A stretch of 32,000 nt of DNA. It comes from Cylindrospermopsis raciborskii Cr2010. GTDB lineage: Bacteria; Cyanobacteriota; Cyanobacteriia; Cyanobacteriales; Nostocaceae. The notes beneath the pieces are model-generated. The model was given only the letters and a program-made list of their open reading frames with translations. It was not told where the DNA came from and ran no database searches. Position numbers and translations under genes: made by a program. Below, one piece after another: positions 8,499 through 18,006 of the stretch. The stretch lies in assembly GCF_003367075.2 (NCBI RefSeq), contig NZ_CP065936.1, positions 2,490,001 through 2,522,000 of the forward strand. Reading direction: 5' to 3'. How positions within the stretch are numbered: the first letter of the stretch is position 1; every line of letters begins with the position of its first letter.

Positions 8499-9653
8499 TT
8501 AAACTGGAACAGCCTGTAGCGCATCCTTGATGCGTTGATTTCTAATTTCACCATTGTGGGTAATACAAGCAGCATCAACAATGTCGTCTGCAAAGTTAAT
8601 ATTTAGGGCTTTATCTTTAACGACCAGCTGCATTAATGCAGTAACATTCTTGGCATAAAGTTGACTAGCGTGTACAGGCATTGACGAAGGCAGATTAATC
8701 GGTCCAATAATAGTCACACCGTGATAAACTATATCCTTACCAGGTGCTGTACAAGCGCAGTTTCCTCCCTGTTCCGCCGCTAAATCCACAATTACAGAGC
8801 CAGGTTTCATTCCTTTTACCATATCCTCCGTGACTAGGATGGGGGCTTTTCTACCTGGTACTTGAGCTGTGGTGATGACTATGTCCGAGTGTTTGACGTG
8901 TTCAGCAACCACCTCTTGGGTGCGTTTTTTGCTATCTTCAGAAATCTCTTTGGCATAACCACCCGCTGCTGTGGTTTCTTCTGTTAATTTAATCTCTACG
9001 AATTTCGCTCCTAAGCTTTGTACCTCCTCCTTCACTGCTGGGCGTATATCAAAAGCCTCTACTAAAGCACCTAGTCTACGAGCAGTAGCTATAGCTTGTA
9101 ACCCAGCTACTCCTGCACCCATAATAAAGACTTTAGCAGGCGCAATAGTACCTGCTGCGGTGGTCAACATCGGAAAGTACTTGGGCAGTGCTGCTGCGGC
9201 TAATAATACAGTTTTATAGCCAGCTATGGAAGCTTGAGAAGACAGGGCATCCATGCTTTGGGCCCTGGTAGTACGGGGTATTAGTTCCATACTTAGAGCA
9301 GTGATTTGCCGTTGTGCTAATTTTCGAGCTACTTCCGGATTACCCAGGGGGTTGAGAAAACTAAGTAACACTGCTCCTGGTTTGAGCAGGTCTATTTCCT
9401 CACGACCATCTTCCCTTTCCTGGGGTGGACTCACCTTAAGCAGTATGTCAGCTTCACCCCATAATACAGCAGCATCAGTAATAATTTTTGCCCCTGCTGC
9501 TTCATAGTCCCCATCACTAAAGTATGCTTTTTCTCCTGCACCGGTTTCCACAGAGATTTCTAGTCCCTGTTTGACCAGTTTGGCTACCATGTCAGGAACT
9601 AATGACACCCGCCGTTCACTTACTTCTATTTCCTTAGCAACTGCAATTTTCAT
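8499..9653 (-). CDS. pntAA: NAD(P) transhydrogenase subunit alpha part 1 (dI, NAD(H)-binding)
   Basis: Alanine-dehydrogenase-like fold with Rossmann motif VFIMGAGVAGLQAIATARRLGA. GAGGAG SD lies upstream of the ATG. Confidence 0.95.
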   Translation of the reverse strand: MKIAVAKEIEVSERRVSLVPDMVAKLVKQGLEISVETGAGEKAYFSDGDYEAAGAKIITDAAVLWGEADILLKVSPPQEREDGREEIDLLKPGAVLLSFLNPLGNPEVARKLAQRQITALSMELIPRTTRAQSMDALSSQASIAGYKTVLLAAAALPKYFPMLTTAAGTIAPAKVFIMGAGVAGLQAIATARRLGALVEAFDIRPAVKEEVQSLGAKFVEIKLTEETTAAGGYAKEISEDSKKRTQEVVAEHVKHSDIVITTAQVPGRKAPILVTEDMVKGMKPGSVIVDLAAEQGGNCACTAPGKDIVYHGVTIIGPINLPSSMPVHASQLYAKNVTALMQLVVKDKALNINFADDIVDAACITHNGEIRNQRIKDALQAVPV

Positions 9654-9781
9654 TTAGTCTCCTCAAGATGAATAAGATCAATACTCAATATTTCCTAACA
9701 TCCCAGCTTCGGGTTTAATCTTCATGGATTACCGTTGGTGCTTGCGGACGTATAATCCTGGACATTAGCAAGCTGTTGTAC

Positions 9782-9803
9782 TTGATGTATATTTGATGTA
9801 TAT
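9782..9803. repeat. Perfect tandem 11-mer TTGATGTATAT x2
   Basis: Read directly from the sequence. Lies in the 420-bp divergent spacer between pntAA and the DUF2808-like gene. Confidence 0.85.
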
Positions 9804-10074
9804 ACTATGTGTCAGGTTTTGTGTGTAAGTTTTCAGATTATCTTAGGGATTTTTTTATCCATATTACTGAGTATATTATTGTGGTTCAAAACAAGTGGCT
9901 AGGTTCTTGAGATTGTTTTTCTCATTTGTTTAGGGTATTCTAGTGGTTTAGTTAAAGCTGTGTCCAAAATCGAAAAAAAACTTAACGTCCGTAAAAATTG
10001 CTTGATGATTGCTGGCACCTTTATGCCAGTTTCTACGTCATACCAATCAAATCTATCATCGAATGGTTAAAATT

Positions 10075-10587
10075 ATGAAACGTTTACTCCCGGCTTTAGC
10101 CCTGTCTAGTTGTCTATTAACTGGTATTTCCACTACCACCCTAGCTCAAAGCCTACCAGGCTTAACACTGTTTAGCGGTGTAAAATCAGAAAACCAGCTG
10201 TCGTTTTTCTTGGATTTTGGCGGACAAACTAACAGCACAGACAGATATAGACTAAGACTGCCTGCCAATAAAATGAAATTGCCAGTATCTCAATTTAATA
10301 TCACTTATCCTGAACACTACAAAGGTAGCTTTGACACCAAAGAAATAGAAGTTCGAGTTAAAGGTAAAAGTTTAGATATAAAAGAAGTAAAATGGGATAA
10401 AGAAACAAGAGTAATTGAGATAGTGACCCAAGAACCCGTGCCTGCTCGTAGTAAAGTTGAACTAATTCTCTCCAACGTGCAAAACCCAAGTTTTGGCGGG
10501 ATGTTCTATTTTAACTGTCAGGTTCTCTCCCCTGGTGGGGTGCAAATTCCTCGCTATCTTGGAACCTGGATCATTAGCATATCCTAA
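10075..10587 (+). CDS. Secreted DUF2808-like protein
   Basis: The ORF-track frame opens at TTG 10009. The ATG at 10075 gives a clean signal peptide MKRLLPALALSSCLLTGISTTTLAQS. Family assignment is from memory of cyanobacterial DUF2808 proteins. Confidence 0.6.
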   Translation: MKRLLPALALSSCLLTGISTTTLAQSLPGLTLFSGVKSENQLSFFLDFGGQTNSTDRYRLRLPANKMKLPVSQFNITYPEHYKGSFDTKEIEVRVKGKSLDIKEVKWDKETRVIEIVTQEPVPARSKVELILSNVQNPSFGGMFYFNCQVLSPGGVQIPRYLGTWIISIS

Positions 10588-10679
10588 ATCTAGTACCTGC
10601 AAAATATGTTCTGATCTGGAGTAAAGTGCTAAGATAAGAGATTGTGACTTTTTATAAAATTGCCTAAGAGGAGAAAACA

Positions 10680-10814
10680 ATGCAAAGAACACTGGGTGGA
10701 ACTTGTCGCAAAAGAAAGAGAACTTCTGGGTTTCGCGCCAGAATGCAAACCCCAACCGGTCGAAACGTAATTAGATCCAGAAGAAAAAAAGGTCGTCATC
10801 GTTTGAGCGTTTAA
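10680..10814 (+). CDS. rpmH: 50S ribosomal protein L34
   Basis: Hand translation gives [51 protein letters not shown] lies upstream and rnpA lies immediately downstream. It is below the ORF-track length cutoff. Confidence 0.95.
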   Translation: MQRTLGGTCRKRKRTSGFRARMQTPTGRNVIRSRRKKGRHRLSV

Positions 10815-10841
10815 TAGGAACCTAGCTAACACAAACCTATT

Positions 10842-11258
10842 GTGCCGTTGCCAAAAGCATACAGACTAAAATCCCGTGGCGACTTCCAGGCAGTTTTCCG
10901 GGAAGGAGTCCGGTGTCATAGCTCTCATTTCACCCTGAGAGCTTTAAAACCCCTATCTCCAACTCACCTGCACTCCTCTTCTATAAATATACCTGCTAAT
11001 ACCTGTGAAAACTTACCTAATACTAAAATTGGTATTTCTATTAGCACTAAAGTTAGCAAAAGAGCAGTGGTTCGCAACCGTATCAAAAGACAAATTACGG
11101 GTGTTTTGTACCAATTATTACCGAAGTTATCCAAAGGATGGCGACTGGTGGTAATTGTCAAGCCAAAGACAGGAGAATGGGAGTGCATAAGCCAACAATT
11201 TCTGCGAGAATTAGAGCAGTTGTTGGTAAAAGCTGAGGTGATAAATGGGCATTCGTGA
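10842..11258 (+). CDS. rnpA: Ribonuclease P protein component
   Basis: Follows rpmH. N-terminus LPKAYRLKSRGDFQAVF and basic motif KRAVVRNRIKRQ. GTG start. Confidence 0.9.
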   Translation: MPLPKAYRLKSRGDFQAVFREGVRCHSSHFTLRALKPLSPTHLHSSSINIPANTCENLPNTKIGISISTKVSKRAVVRNRIKRQITGVLYQLLPKLSKGWRLVVIVKPKTGEWECISQQFLRELEQLLVKAEVINGHS

Positions 11259-11634
11259 GGAAGTTTATTATGAAGGTGGTCCCCACATTGGGGATTTAAT
11301 TCTCAATCTACTAATTGGCTTGACTATAGTTGGCTTGCCATTGACCATTGGGGCGATTATTAGAGCTTTGTGGTTGCGTTTTAAGATCACTGATCGGCGA
11401 GTTGCTGTGATGGGTGGTTGGATGGGACAAAATCGCACTGATGTGATTTATTCAGAAGTTGTGAAGGTGGTGAAAGTCCCTCGTGGCGTTGGTCTATGGG
11501 GTGACATGGTGTTAACCCTGAAAAACGGTAGTCGTTTGGAAATTAGGGCTATTCCCAACTTTCGAGAGGTTTATGAATATATCAATGATAGGGTTGCCGC
11601 TAAGAATCCTCAATATACTTCTAACCCCTCTTGA
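11245..11634 (+). CDS. Membrane-anchored bacterial PH-domain (bPH_2/DUF304-like) protein
   Basis: Hydrophobic hairpin IGDLILNLLIGLTIVGLPLTIGAIIRALWL followed by RFKITDRRV...VLTLKNGSRLEIRAIP. 14-bp overlap with the rnpA stop. Confidence 0.7.
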   Translation: MGIREEVYYEGGPHIGDLILNLLIGLTIVGLPLTIGAIIRALWLRFKITDRRVAVMGGWMGQNRTDVIYSEVVKVVKVPRGVGLWGDMVLTLKNGSRLEIRAIPNFREVYEYINDRVAAKNPQYTSNPS

Positions 11635-11752
11635 TCTACCTATTATCTTGTAGGTGCGGCTATCCGTAGCTGGTGATAGTCGCCAGTAAATCACAATTTA
11701 GATAAATTAGATTCAGTTTACGTTTACATTACTTTGGGTTGGATTGAGAATA

Positions 11753-12922
11753 ATGGATTTTGGTATTGGGTTTCTCTCGAACAATGTCATGTTGCCAATC
11801 ATAGACTTTTTCTATGGCGTTTTCCCCAGCTATGGACTGGCAATTGTGGCTTTAACACTAATCATTCGGTTCGCACTCTACCCCCTGAGTGCTGGGTCTA
11901 TTCGCAGTATGCGTCGCATGCGAATAGTACAACCTGTGATGCAAAAGCGGATGGCGGAAATAAAAGAGCGCTATAAAGATGATCCGCAAAAACAGCAAGA
12001 GGAAATGGTAAATGTCCAAAAGGAATTTGGCAATCCCTTAGCTGGGTGTTTGCCACTGCTGTTACAAATGCCAGTGTTGTTGGCTTTGTTTGCTACTCTC
12101 AGGGGTTCGCCATTTGCTGGTGCTAATTACTCAGTTAACCTACAAATTGTACCCTCAGAACAAATTGAACGGATTCAACCTCAGGCTTTTGCTACTCCTC
12201 CTCAAAACATTTACGTTGCAGATGGTGTGCACACTCAAATCACTGCCATTCTTCCTGGTGGCAATAAATTGGCAGTAGGGGAAAAAACCAAGATCCAATA
12301 TCAAACTATGGAGGGCAAACCCTTTGATGCACTCTTGGTGGAATATCCTCAAACAAAGTTGACTCCTGAATGGAAAATCATTAAGGGAGAAGACCGCATC
12401 AAAATTGATCTCGATGGTAATGTTGAAGCTCTGGAACCAGGAGACGTGACAATTCAAGGCACAATTCCTGGACTAGCTGCCAATAGTGGATTTTTGTTTA
12501 TTGATGCGTTGGGTAGGGTGGGAGCAATTGATCCCGATGGCAATATTCACTGGGACATCGTGGGTATGATTATTTTCTTTGGCATTAGCTTATACTTTAG
12601 CCAAATGCTGTCTGGGCAAAACTCCAGTGGTGGTAACCCTCAACAGGAAACCGTCAATAAAATCACTCCTGTAATTTTTTCTGGGATGTTTTTGTTCTTT
12701 CCTTTACCTGCAGGTGTACTTATGTACATGGTAATTGGTAATGTTTTTCAAACTCTCCAGACCTATATTCTGTCTCGGGAACCTTTACCAGAAGAACTCC
12801 AAAAAATTGTAGCAATTCAGGAAAAAGAAAAACAAGCAGCAACGGTAGAAGTCAAAACCCTACCCTTTGAACCAAAGGGTTCTAAGAAAAAACAGCCCAA
12901 TAACAAAGAATCTAAAACCTAA
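11753..12922 (+). CDS. yidC: Membrane protein insertase YidC (Alb3/Oxa1 family)
   Basis: [22 protein letters not shown]-terminus, [23 protein letters not shown] and [15 protein letters not shown]. The ATG at 11753 is preferred over the in-frame TTG at 11744. Confidence 0.9.
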   Translation: MDFGIGFLSNNVMLPIIDFFYGVFPSYGLAIVALTLIIRFALYPLSAGSIRSMRRMRIVQPVMQKRMAEIKERYKDDPQKQQEEMVNVQKEFGNPLAGCLPLLLQMPVLLALFATLRGSPFAGANYSVNLQIVPSEQIERIQPQAFATPPQNIYVADGVHTQITAILPGGNKLAVGEKTKIQYQTMEGKPFDALLVEYPQTKLTPEWKIIKGEDRIKIDLDGNVEALEPGDVTIQGTIPGLAANSGFLFIDALGRVGAIDPDGNIHWDIVGMIIFFGISLYFSQMLSGQNSSGGNPQQETVNKITPVIFSGMFLFFPLPAGVLMYMVIGNVFQTLQTYILSREPLPEELQKIVAIQEKEKQAATVEVKTLPFEPKGSKKKQPNNKESKT

Positions 12923-12934
12923 GTAACCCGATTT

Positions 12935-13474
12935 ATGAGTGACATTTCTATGCAGCACAGTGAACAGTGGTTAAAACAATTGCTGCAGTTAGCTGGAATC
13001 TCTACTAATGTTTACAGTCAATTGGGTGCTGCACCAACTTTAGAAACAGCTCCCCTGGAACCAAATAGCTACTGGTTGACAATTGATGACTCTAATTTAA
13101 TGCCCGAACAGATACGGGTATTGATAGGTTCTAGCGGATCTGTTTTAGATGCTATACAGTCCTTGGCTAATTCTGTATTGAACTTAAATCACCAGGAACA
13201 GGAACAAATATCCTATATCATTGAGTTAAATCGTTATCGTGTTCTAAGACAAGCAGAAATCAGTACTTTGGTGAAAACTGCAGCTGAGGAAGTGCGCTTT
13301 TCTGGAAGGGAGGTAGAAATTAGATCACTAAATTCCGCCGAGAGACGACAAGTTCACAGCTTCTTGAAGGAGTTTCCAGATTTGGAAACCTTTAGTCGTG
13401 GTCGAGAACCTAGTCGCAATCTGGTGATTCGTTTAGCCACTGAATCTTCAGCTAATCCTGATTATTCAAGCTAA
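12935..13474 (+). CDS. Jag/KhpB-like RNA-binding protein (KH plus R3H)
   Basis: Sits directly after yidC, as jag does in many bacteria. C-terminal R3H-like segment LNSAERRQVHSFLKEF. Confidence 0.75.
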   Translation: MSDISMQHSEQWLKQLLQLAGISTNVYSQLGAAPTLETAPLEPNSYWLTIDDSNLMPEQIRVLIGSSGSVLDAIQSLANSVLNLNHQEQEQISYIIELNRYRVLRQAEISTLVKTAAEEVRFSGREVEIRSLNSAERRQVHSFLKEFPDLETFSRGREPSRNLVIRLATESSANPDYSS

Positions 13475-13509
13475 AATTGGGTAAATATTGAAGTGTATTC
13501 ATAAGTATC

Positions 13510-14007
13510 ATGGATGCTATTTTTCTGCCACAACTAACTAAAGCTCCGCAGTGTACAGAAGAGATTCAGGTTGATGAATTTCTACCGGAGCTGGAAACTT
13601 TAACACCCGTGCGTGGTGTTGTTCGTTTGCAACACCATGGTAATTACTTAGAAGTTTCTGGTAAAGCAGAATCTATAATTACTTGTAGCTGTAACCGATG
13701 TTTACAACAATATAATCAGAGGTTAGCTATTAAGACTAAAGAAATTATTTGGTTTGACACTAATTCTAGTCCGGTAGAAGATTTACCTTTAGAAAGGGAA
13801 GTTGCTATGGAGGATTTGGTAGAAACCATTGCGCCTGATGGTTATTTTGATCCCGGTGAATGGCTATATGAACAGATGTGCTTAGCTATTCCTCAACGCC
13901 AGTTATGTAACTCAAATTGTCCGGGAATTATAGCTACTGGGGTTAATGAAAGTTCAGTTGATAGACGTTGGTCAGCTTTAGAGAAATTGAAAAATCAACT
14001 TTCCTAA
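13510..14007 (+). CDS. YceD/DUF177 family protein
   Basis: Cys pairs CSCNRC ... CNSNCPG and an acidic profile typical of DUF177. Confidence 0.7.
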   Translation: MDAIFLPQLTKAPQCTEEIQVDEFLPELETLTPVRGVVRLQHHGNYLEVSGKAESIITCSCNRCLQQYNQRLAIKTKEIIWFDTNSSPVEDLPLEREVAMEDLVETIAPDGYFDPGEWLYEQMCLAIPQRQLCNSNCPGIIATGVNESSVDRRWSALEKLKNQLS

Positions 14008-14017
14008 GGGTGTGATT

Positions 14018-14047
14018 AATTGGAAATAGTTCAAACTTTTTCCAATT
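14018..14047 (+). terminator. Stem-loop ending the rpmH-to-yceD gene string
   Basis: AATTGGAAA (14018..14026) pairs with TTTCCAATT (14039..14047). It lies 11 nt after the yceD stop and is followed by T-rich sequence. Confidence 0.45.
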
Positions 14048-14076
14048 ACTTTCCAACTACTTTTCAATTTTGGTCA

Positions 14077-15267
14077 CTAGGTCAATCCCAACTGACGTAG
14101 TAGTTTTTTTAAGGGGGATTCTTTTTTCAGCTTTAATGCTAATATTTGGGTGGTTTGTAGTCTATTAAAGTTGTTATCACTCACCAAAATTAGGGAAATA
14201 CTGCCATCGGATAATTTGGGTCCGATAGTTAGTCCCTCTATATTATCCAAGGGTAGGGGTAGGGTTTGTAAATCTAGAAGTAATTTTTTCTCAACTGGTT
14301 TGATTTTGCTCATGTCAACAGTTGCAAGATTGGGGATATTATGAATATCATCAGCATTGTTTAAAGATACTTCAAAGAGGGAAACTGCAAAGCCCAAACC
14401 AGTAAAACTTCTTTCTAAACTAAGAAAGTTTCCTCTATTATCTAAAGCTACTAAATCCGACAGTCCACTATCGAATCTACCCGTGAAGTTAAATAGGGGT
14501 GTAACTGGTTCCATCGGGTAAAGAAATTCTTTTTGCGGTTGATTATAACTGAGATTATATTGTAGAATTCGACATGGAGTACCAAAGTTAGGTTTAGCAG
14601 CTTCACCATCTTGAACTAGGGCGTTTTCTGTAGCTGTAAATAGCATTTGATTGTTGGGTGTGATTGTCAGACTTTCAAAGGCTAAATTATTACGTACACC
14701 CCGTTGATTTTTGCCATCGGGTAAAAATTTCTCTGGTATGGGTAGACTATTGATTGCGTTCCCTGAAGCTAGAGAAAATTCATGAATAAAAGGATTGATT
14801 GATTCACTGACATCCCCCTCCGAAGAAATAAAGACGGTGGATTTTTTTGTCACTGCAATACCCTCGGGATCAATTCCCCCAAGGGCAAATTTTTGATTGT
14901 TTTCATCTAGTAGAGTTGTAACACCTACGGGTAACACTTTACTTTGGTCTAACTTCCCTTTACTTAGGTCAATTTTGAAGTTATAGAACCGGGGTGGTCC
15001 TTTTTGTCCCCGATCATCGGAAACAACATAGTAAAGATCGTTCTCAACATCATAAGTAATTCCCGAGAGTCCACCTACTTGAGTATTTTGAAAGGTATAT
15101 CCCGTGGGTAAAGTGGCTACACCAAGAAACTCTATGTCCGTGATTCTAACAGTTGCAGTCGCTATCTGACCCAAAAATAAACCTATAATACTAACAACGA
15201 CTATGGTGATAATAGCATAAATGACCATTCTGGGATTTTTCCATTTGGCTTTTTTGTTTTCTTTCAT
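14077..15267 (-). CDS. Phytase-like (esterase-like activity of phytase family) secreted or anchored protein
   Basis: N-terminal TM helix and beta-propeller-like repeats (GLSGITYD, GIDPEGIAV, FESLTITPN, IEGLTIGP). The ATG at 15267 has GAGG 6 nt upstream and is preferred over the ATG at 15318. Confidence 0.65.
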   Translation of the reverse strand: MKENKKAKWKNPRMVIYAIITIVVVSIIGLFLGQIATATVRITDIEFLGVATLPTGYTFQNTQVGGLSGITYDVENDLYYVVSDDRGQKGPPRFYNFKIDLSKGKLDQSKVLPVGVTTLLDENNQKFALGGIDPEGIAVTKKSTVFISSEGDVSESINPFIHEFSLASGNAINSLPIPEKFLPDGKNQRGVRNNLAFESLTITPNNQMLFTATENALVQDGEAAKPNFGTPCRILQYNLSYNQPQKEFLYPMEPVTPLFNFTGRFDSGLSDLVALDNRGNFLSLERSFTGLGFAVSLFEVSLNNADDIHNIPNLATVDMSKIKPVEKKLLLDLQTLPLPLDNIEGLTIGPKLSDGSISLILVSDNNFNRLQTTQILALKLKKESPLKKLLRQLGLT

Positions 15268-15351
15268 CTTGAACCTCACATTCTCCAAATAATCCAGAGC
15301 GATCGCCCATCTTAACATATACTTAATAAATGACTATTATTTATTTAGGTA

Positions 15352-16617
15352 GTGTTCAGCGTGAGAAATTCCCCCAGCTTAGATCCTGACTTGAGGAAAA
15401 ACTTAGTAGTAATCTTTACATGTGGTTTGTTATTTTGGTCAGCTTTAGCGTCTTTATTGCCCACATTGCCATTATACATAGAGTCTCTAGGTTCAACAAA
15501 GCAACAAATTGGTATTGTTATGGGTAGCTTTGCTGTGGGAGTGTTGGTGTTTCGTCCCCAGGTAGGAAAATTAGCAGACCGTCAGGGGAGAAAGCTGGTT
15601 TTACTAATTGGTATGGTAGTAGCAACAATTGCCCCCCTAGGTTATTTAGCGGTAAAATCCCTAGTGGGATTGATGCTAATTAGAGCCTTTCATGGTATAA
15701 GCATTGCAGCATTTGCTACAGCCTATATCGCACTAGTATCGGATTTAGCCCCGAATGACCGTCGTGGCGAAATTATTGGGTATATGAGCTTAGTTAATCC
15801 CATTGGGGTAGCAGTTGGTCCTGCACTGGGTGGATATTTACAAGCCATAGCGGGTTACACCCCATTATTTATTTTCTCCGGTTTACTAGCTGGTTTAGGT
15901 TTAATCTGTGTGATTCCTATAACCAATCCCCCCACATGGAAAAATAACAAACAAGAAACAGGGGATGATTTCTGGGGAATTTTAATTAGTCCTCGAGTTC
16001 GTGTCCCAACAATTATATTATTGATGATAGGTTTTTCTATTGGTACCATACACACCTTTATCGCTCTGTATATTAAATCAATAGGAGTTGATTTAAACGC
16101 TGGCTTATTTTTCGCTGCTGCAGCCATTTCCAGCTTTGTTATTAGATTATTTGTGGGTAGAGCTTCAGACAAATATGGTAGGGGTTTATTTGTCACTCTT
16201 AGTTTAATCGCTTATAGCATAGCTATGCTAATTATTTGGCAAGCCAACAGTTCTCCAATTCTCCTATTGGGAGCAATTGTGGAGGGTGCTGCTTCTGGTA
16301 TTGCCATTCCCATGATTTCTGCTATGATGACTGATAGAGCCCTACCCCATGAACGAGGGCGCATTTTCAGTGTATCTCTGACGGGATTTGATCTGGGACT
16401 GGGTATAGCTGGTCCAGTAGTGGGTTACATAGCCCAATCCACTAGTTATCGTCATGTTTTTGGTCTTAGTTTCAGTTTAACCCTCCTAGCTATTTTAATC
16501 TTCATTTCCCAATCTAATCATGGGGTATTCCAATCACTACGCTTTGCCCTAGGTCGTAGTAAGGATGTTTATCAACAATCAGCAAGCGATTCTCCAACCT
16601 TATCTACCAATACCTAA
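15352..16617 (+). CDS. MFS transporter
   Basis: About 12 TM segments. MFS loop motifs GKLADRQGRK and GRASDKYGR. GTG start. Confidence 0.85.
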   Translation: MFSVRNSPSLDPDLRKNLVVIFTCGLLFWSALASLLPTLPLYIESLGSTKQQIGIVMGSFAVGVLVFRPQVGKLADRQGRKLVLLIGMVVATIAPLGYLAVKSLVGLMLIRAFHGISIAAFATAYIALVSDLAPNDRRGEIIGYMSLVNPIGVAVGPALGGYLQAIAGYTPLFIFSGLLAGLGLICVIPITNPPTWKNNKQETGDDFWGILISPRVRVPTIILLMIGFSIGTIHTFIALYIKSIGVDLNAGLFFAAAAISSFVIRLFVGRASDKYGRGLFVTLSLIAYSIAMLIIWQANSSPILLLGAIVEGAASGIAIPMISAMMTDRALPHERGRIFSVSLTGFDLGLGIAGPVVGYIAQSTSYRHVFGLSFSLTLLAILIFISQSNHGVFQSLRFALGRSKDVYQQSASDSPTLSTNT

Positions 16618-17961
16618 ATATTGGAAACCAGCGTTAATCAACATTTTTGGTTCTAGAAAATTTCTGCCATCAATCATTACAGCATGTTTCATCAGTTTCG
16701 CCATTTTTCCATAGTCCAAGCTGATAAATTCTTGCCACTCTGTTACTAGCACTAAAGCATCACAACCATCTGCCAATCTTTCAACATCGGTTTCCACTAA
16801 CACCCCGGAAAGACCATGGCGCATACCAGATTGGGAAATGACCGGGTCGTAAGCTTTTACTTTTGCGCCTAAACGATTTAGCTCCTGTATAAGTTTAAGC
16901 GCAGGGGCATCCCGTAAATCATCCGTATCTGGTTTAAAGGTTAGACCCATCAGTCCTACGGTTTTACCTTTGAGAATTTTTAACGCCTGTTGCAATTTTT
17001 CTATGGCAATTACCCGTTGTCTTTCATTTACACTTACCGCAGCTTTGAGTATTTGGGTATCATAACCATAGTCATCAGCAGTGTGAATTAGAGCTGATAT
17101 ATCCTTAGGAAAACAAGAACCACCCCAACCAATTCCAGCTTGTAAAAATTTGCTGCCAATGCGGGAATCTAAACCTATGCCTTTTGCTACTTGAGTAACA
17201 TCCGCACCTACGCGATCGCAAATATTTGCTACTTCATTAATAAAGCTAATCTTAGTGGCTAAAAAGGCATTTGCCGCGTATTTTACCATTTCAGCTGAAC
17301 TCAAATCCGTCACCAACAAGGGTATGGGTGGTAAGGATTTGTCCACGGCAAATTTTCTTTCTATAATTGGGGCGTAGAGTTCTTTCATCATACCAATAGC
17401 TTCTGGACTACTTCCTCCTAGAACAATTCGGTCTGGGTTAAAAGTATCATAAATTGCCGAACCTTCCCGTAAAAACTCTGGATTGCTAACCACATCAAAC
17501 TCAGGGGAATTTACTCCTTCTACCAAGGATGCTTGGCGTTCAGCAAGGCCATCTAGCACAATCATTCGTACCCAATCACCAGAACCAATAGGTACGGTAG
17601 ATTTATTCACAATCACCTTATAACCATCATTCAAACTTGCTCCAATACCACGAGCTACTGCTTCTACATATCTAGTATCACTTTCACCATTTGGTAAGGG
17701 AGGTGTTCCCACTGCAATAAACAGAATTTCCCCATGGGCCACTCCTGCGACTAAATCTGCTGAAAAATGAATATTACCGCTATTTATGGCAGATTGCATA
17801 ATTTCCGATAGTCCTGGCTCAAAAATTGGCGATTGTCCAGACTTCATCATTTTAATTTTTTCTTCGTTGTTATCTATACAAATAACATCATGTCCAATGT
17901 GTGCTAGACAGGCTCCCGTTACTAACCCTACGTAACCGGTTCCAATTACACAAACGCGCAT
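16600..17961 (-). CDS. ugd: UDP-glucose 6-dehydrogenase
   Basis: MRVCVIGTGYVGLVTGACLA Rossmann N-terminus and the catalytic segment GWGGSCFPKD. Confidence 0.95.
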   Translation of the reverse strand: MRVCVIGTGYVGLVTGACLAHIGHDVICIDNNEEKIKMMKSGQSPIFEPGLSEIMQSAINSGNIHFSADLVAGVAHGEILFIAVGTPPLPNGESDTRYVEAVARGIGASLNDGYKVIVNKSTVPIGSGDWVRMIVLDGLAERQASLVEGVNSPEFDVVSNPEFLREGSAIYDTFNPDRIVLGGSSPEAIGMMKELYAPIIERKFAVDKSLPPIPLLVTDLSSAEMVKYAANAFLATKISFINEVANICDRVGADVTQVAKGIGLDSRIGSKFLQAGIGWGGSCFPKDISALIHTADDYGYDTQILKAAVSVNERQRVIAIEKLQQALKILKGKTVGLMGLTFKPDTDDLRDAPALKLIQELNRLGAKVKAYDPVISQSGMRHGLSGVLVETDVERLADGCDALVLVTEWQEFISLDYGKMAKLMKHAVMIDGRNFLEPKMLINAGFQYLGIGR

Positions 17962-18006
17962 CTTTCAACTCCTAATTTTTTCTAATTTTTGTATAATTCA
18001 ATATTT

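Noticed and set aside
9654-10074. A possible replication origin. The reasons were the rpmH-rnpA-yidC-jag cluster (oriC-proximal in many bacteria), a switch in gene orientation, and an AT-rich 420-bp spacer.
   Set aside because: I found only two degenerate DnaA-box-like 9-mers (TTATCCATA 9855..9863 and TGTGGTTCA 9880..9888). There is no dnaA or dnaN nearby and no box cluster. A GC-skew calculation over the full genome would be needed, and nothing here supports the idea.
10009-10074. The upstream TTG start proposed by the ORF track for the DUF2808-like gene.
   Set aside because: The extension (MLAPLCQFLRHTNQIYHRMVKI) is not signal-peptide-like. The ATG at 10075 begins a canonical signal peptide.
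10462-10832. Two minus-strand ORFs (97 and 67 aa) spanning the DUF2808-rnpA gap.
   Set aside because: The plus strand here encodes an unmistakable rpmH (L34) with an SD, and the minus-strand ORFs are its antisense shadow.
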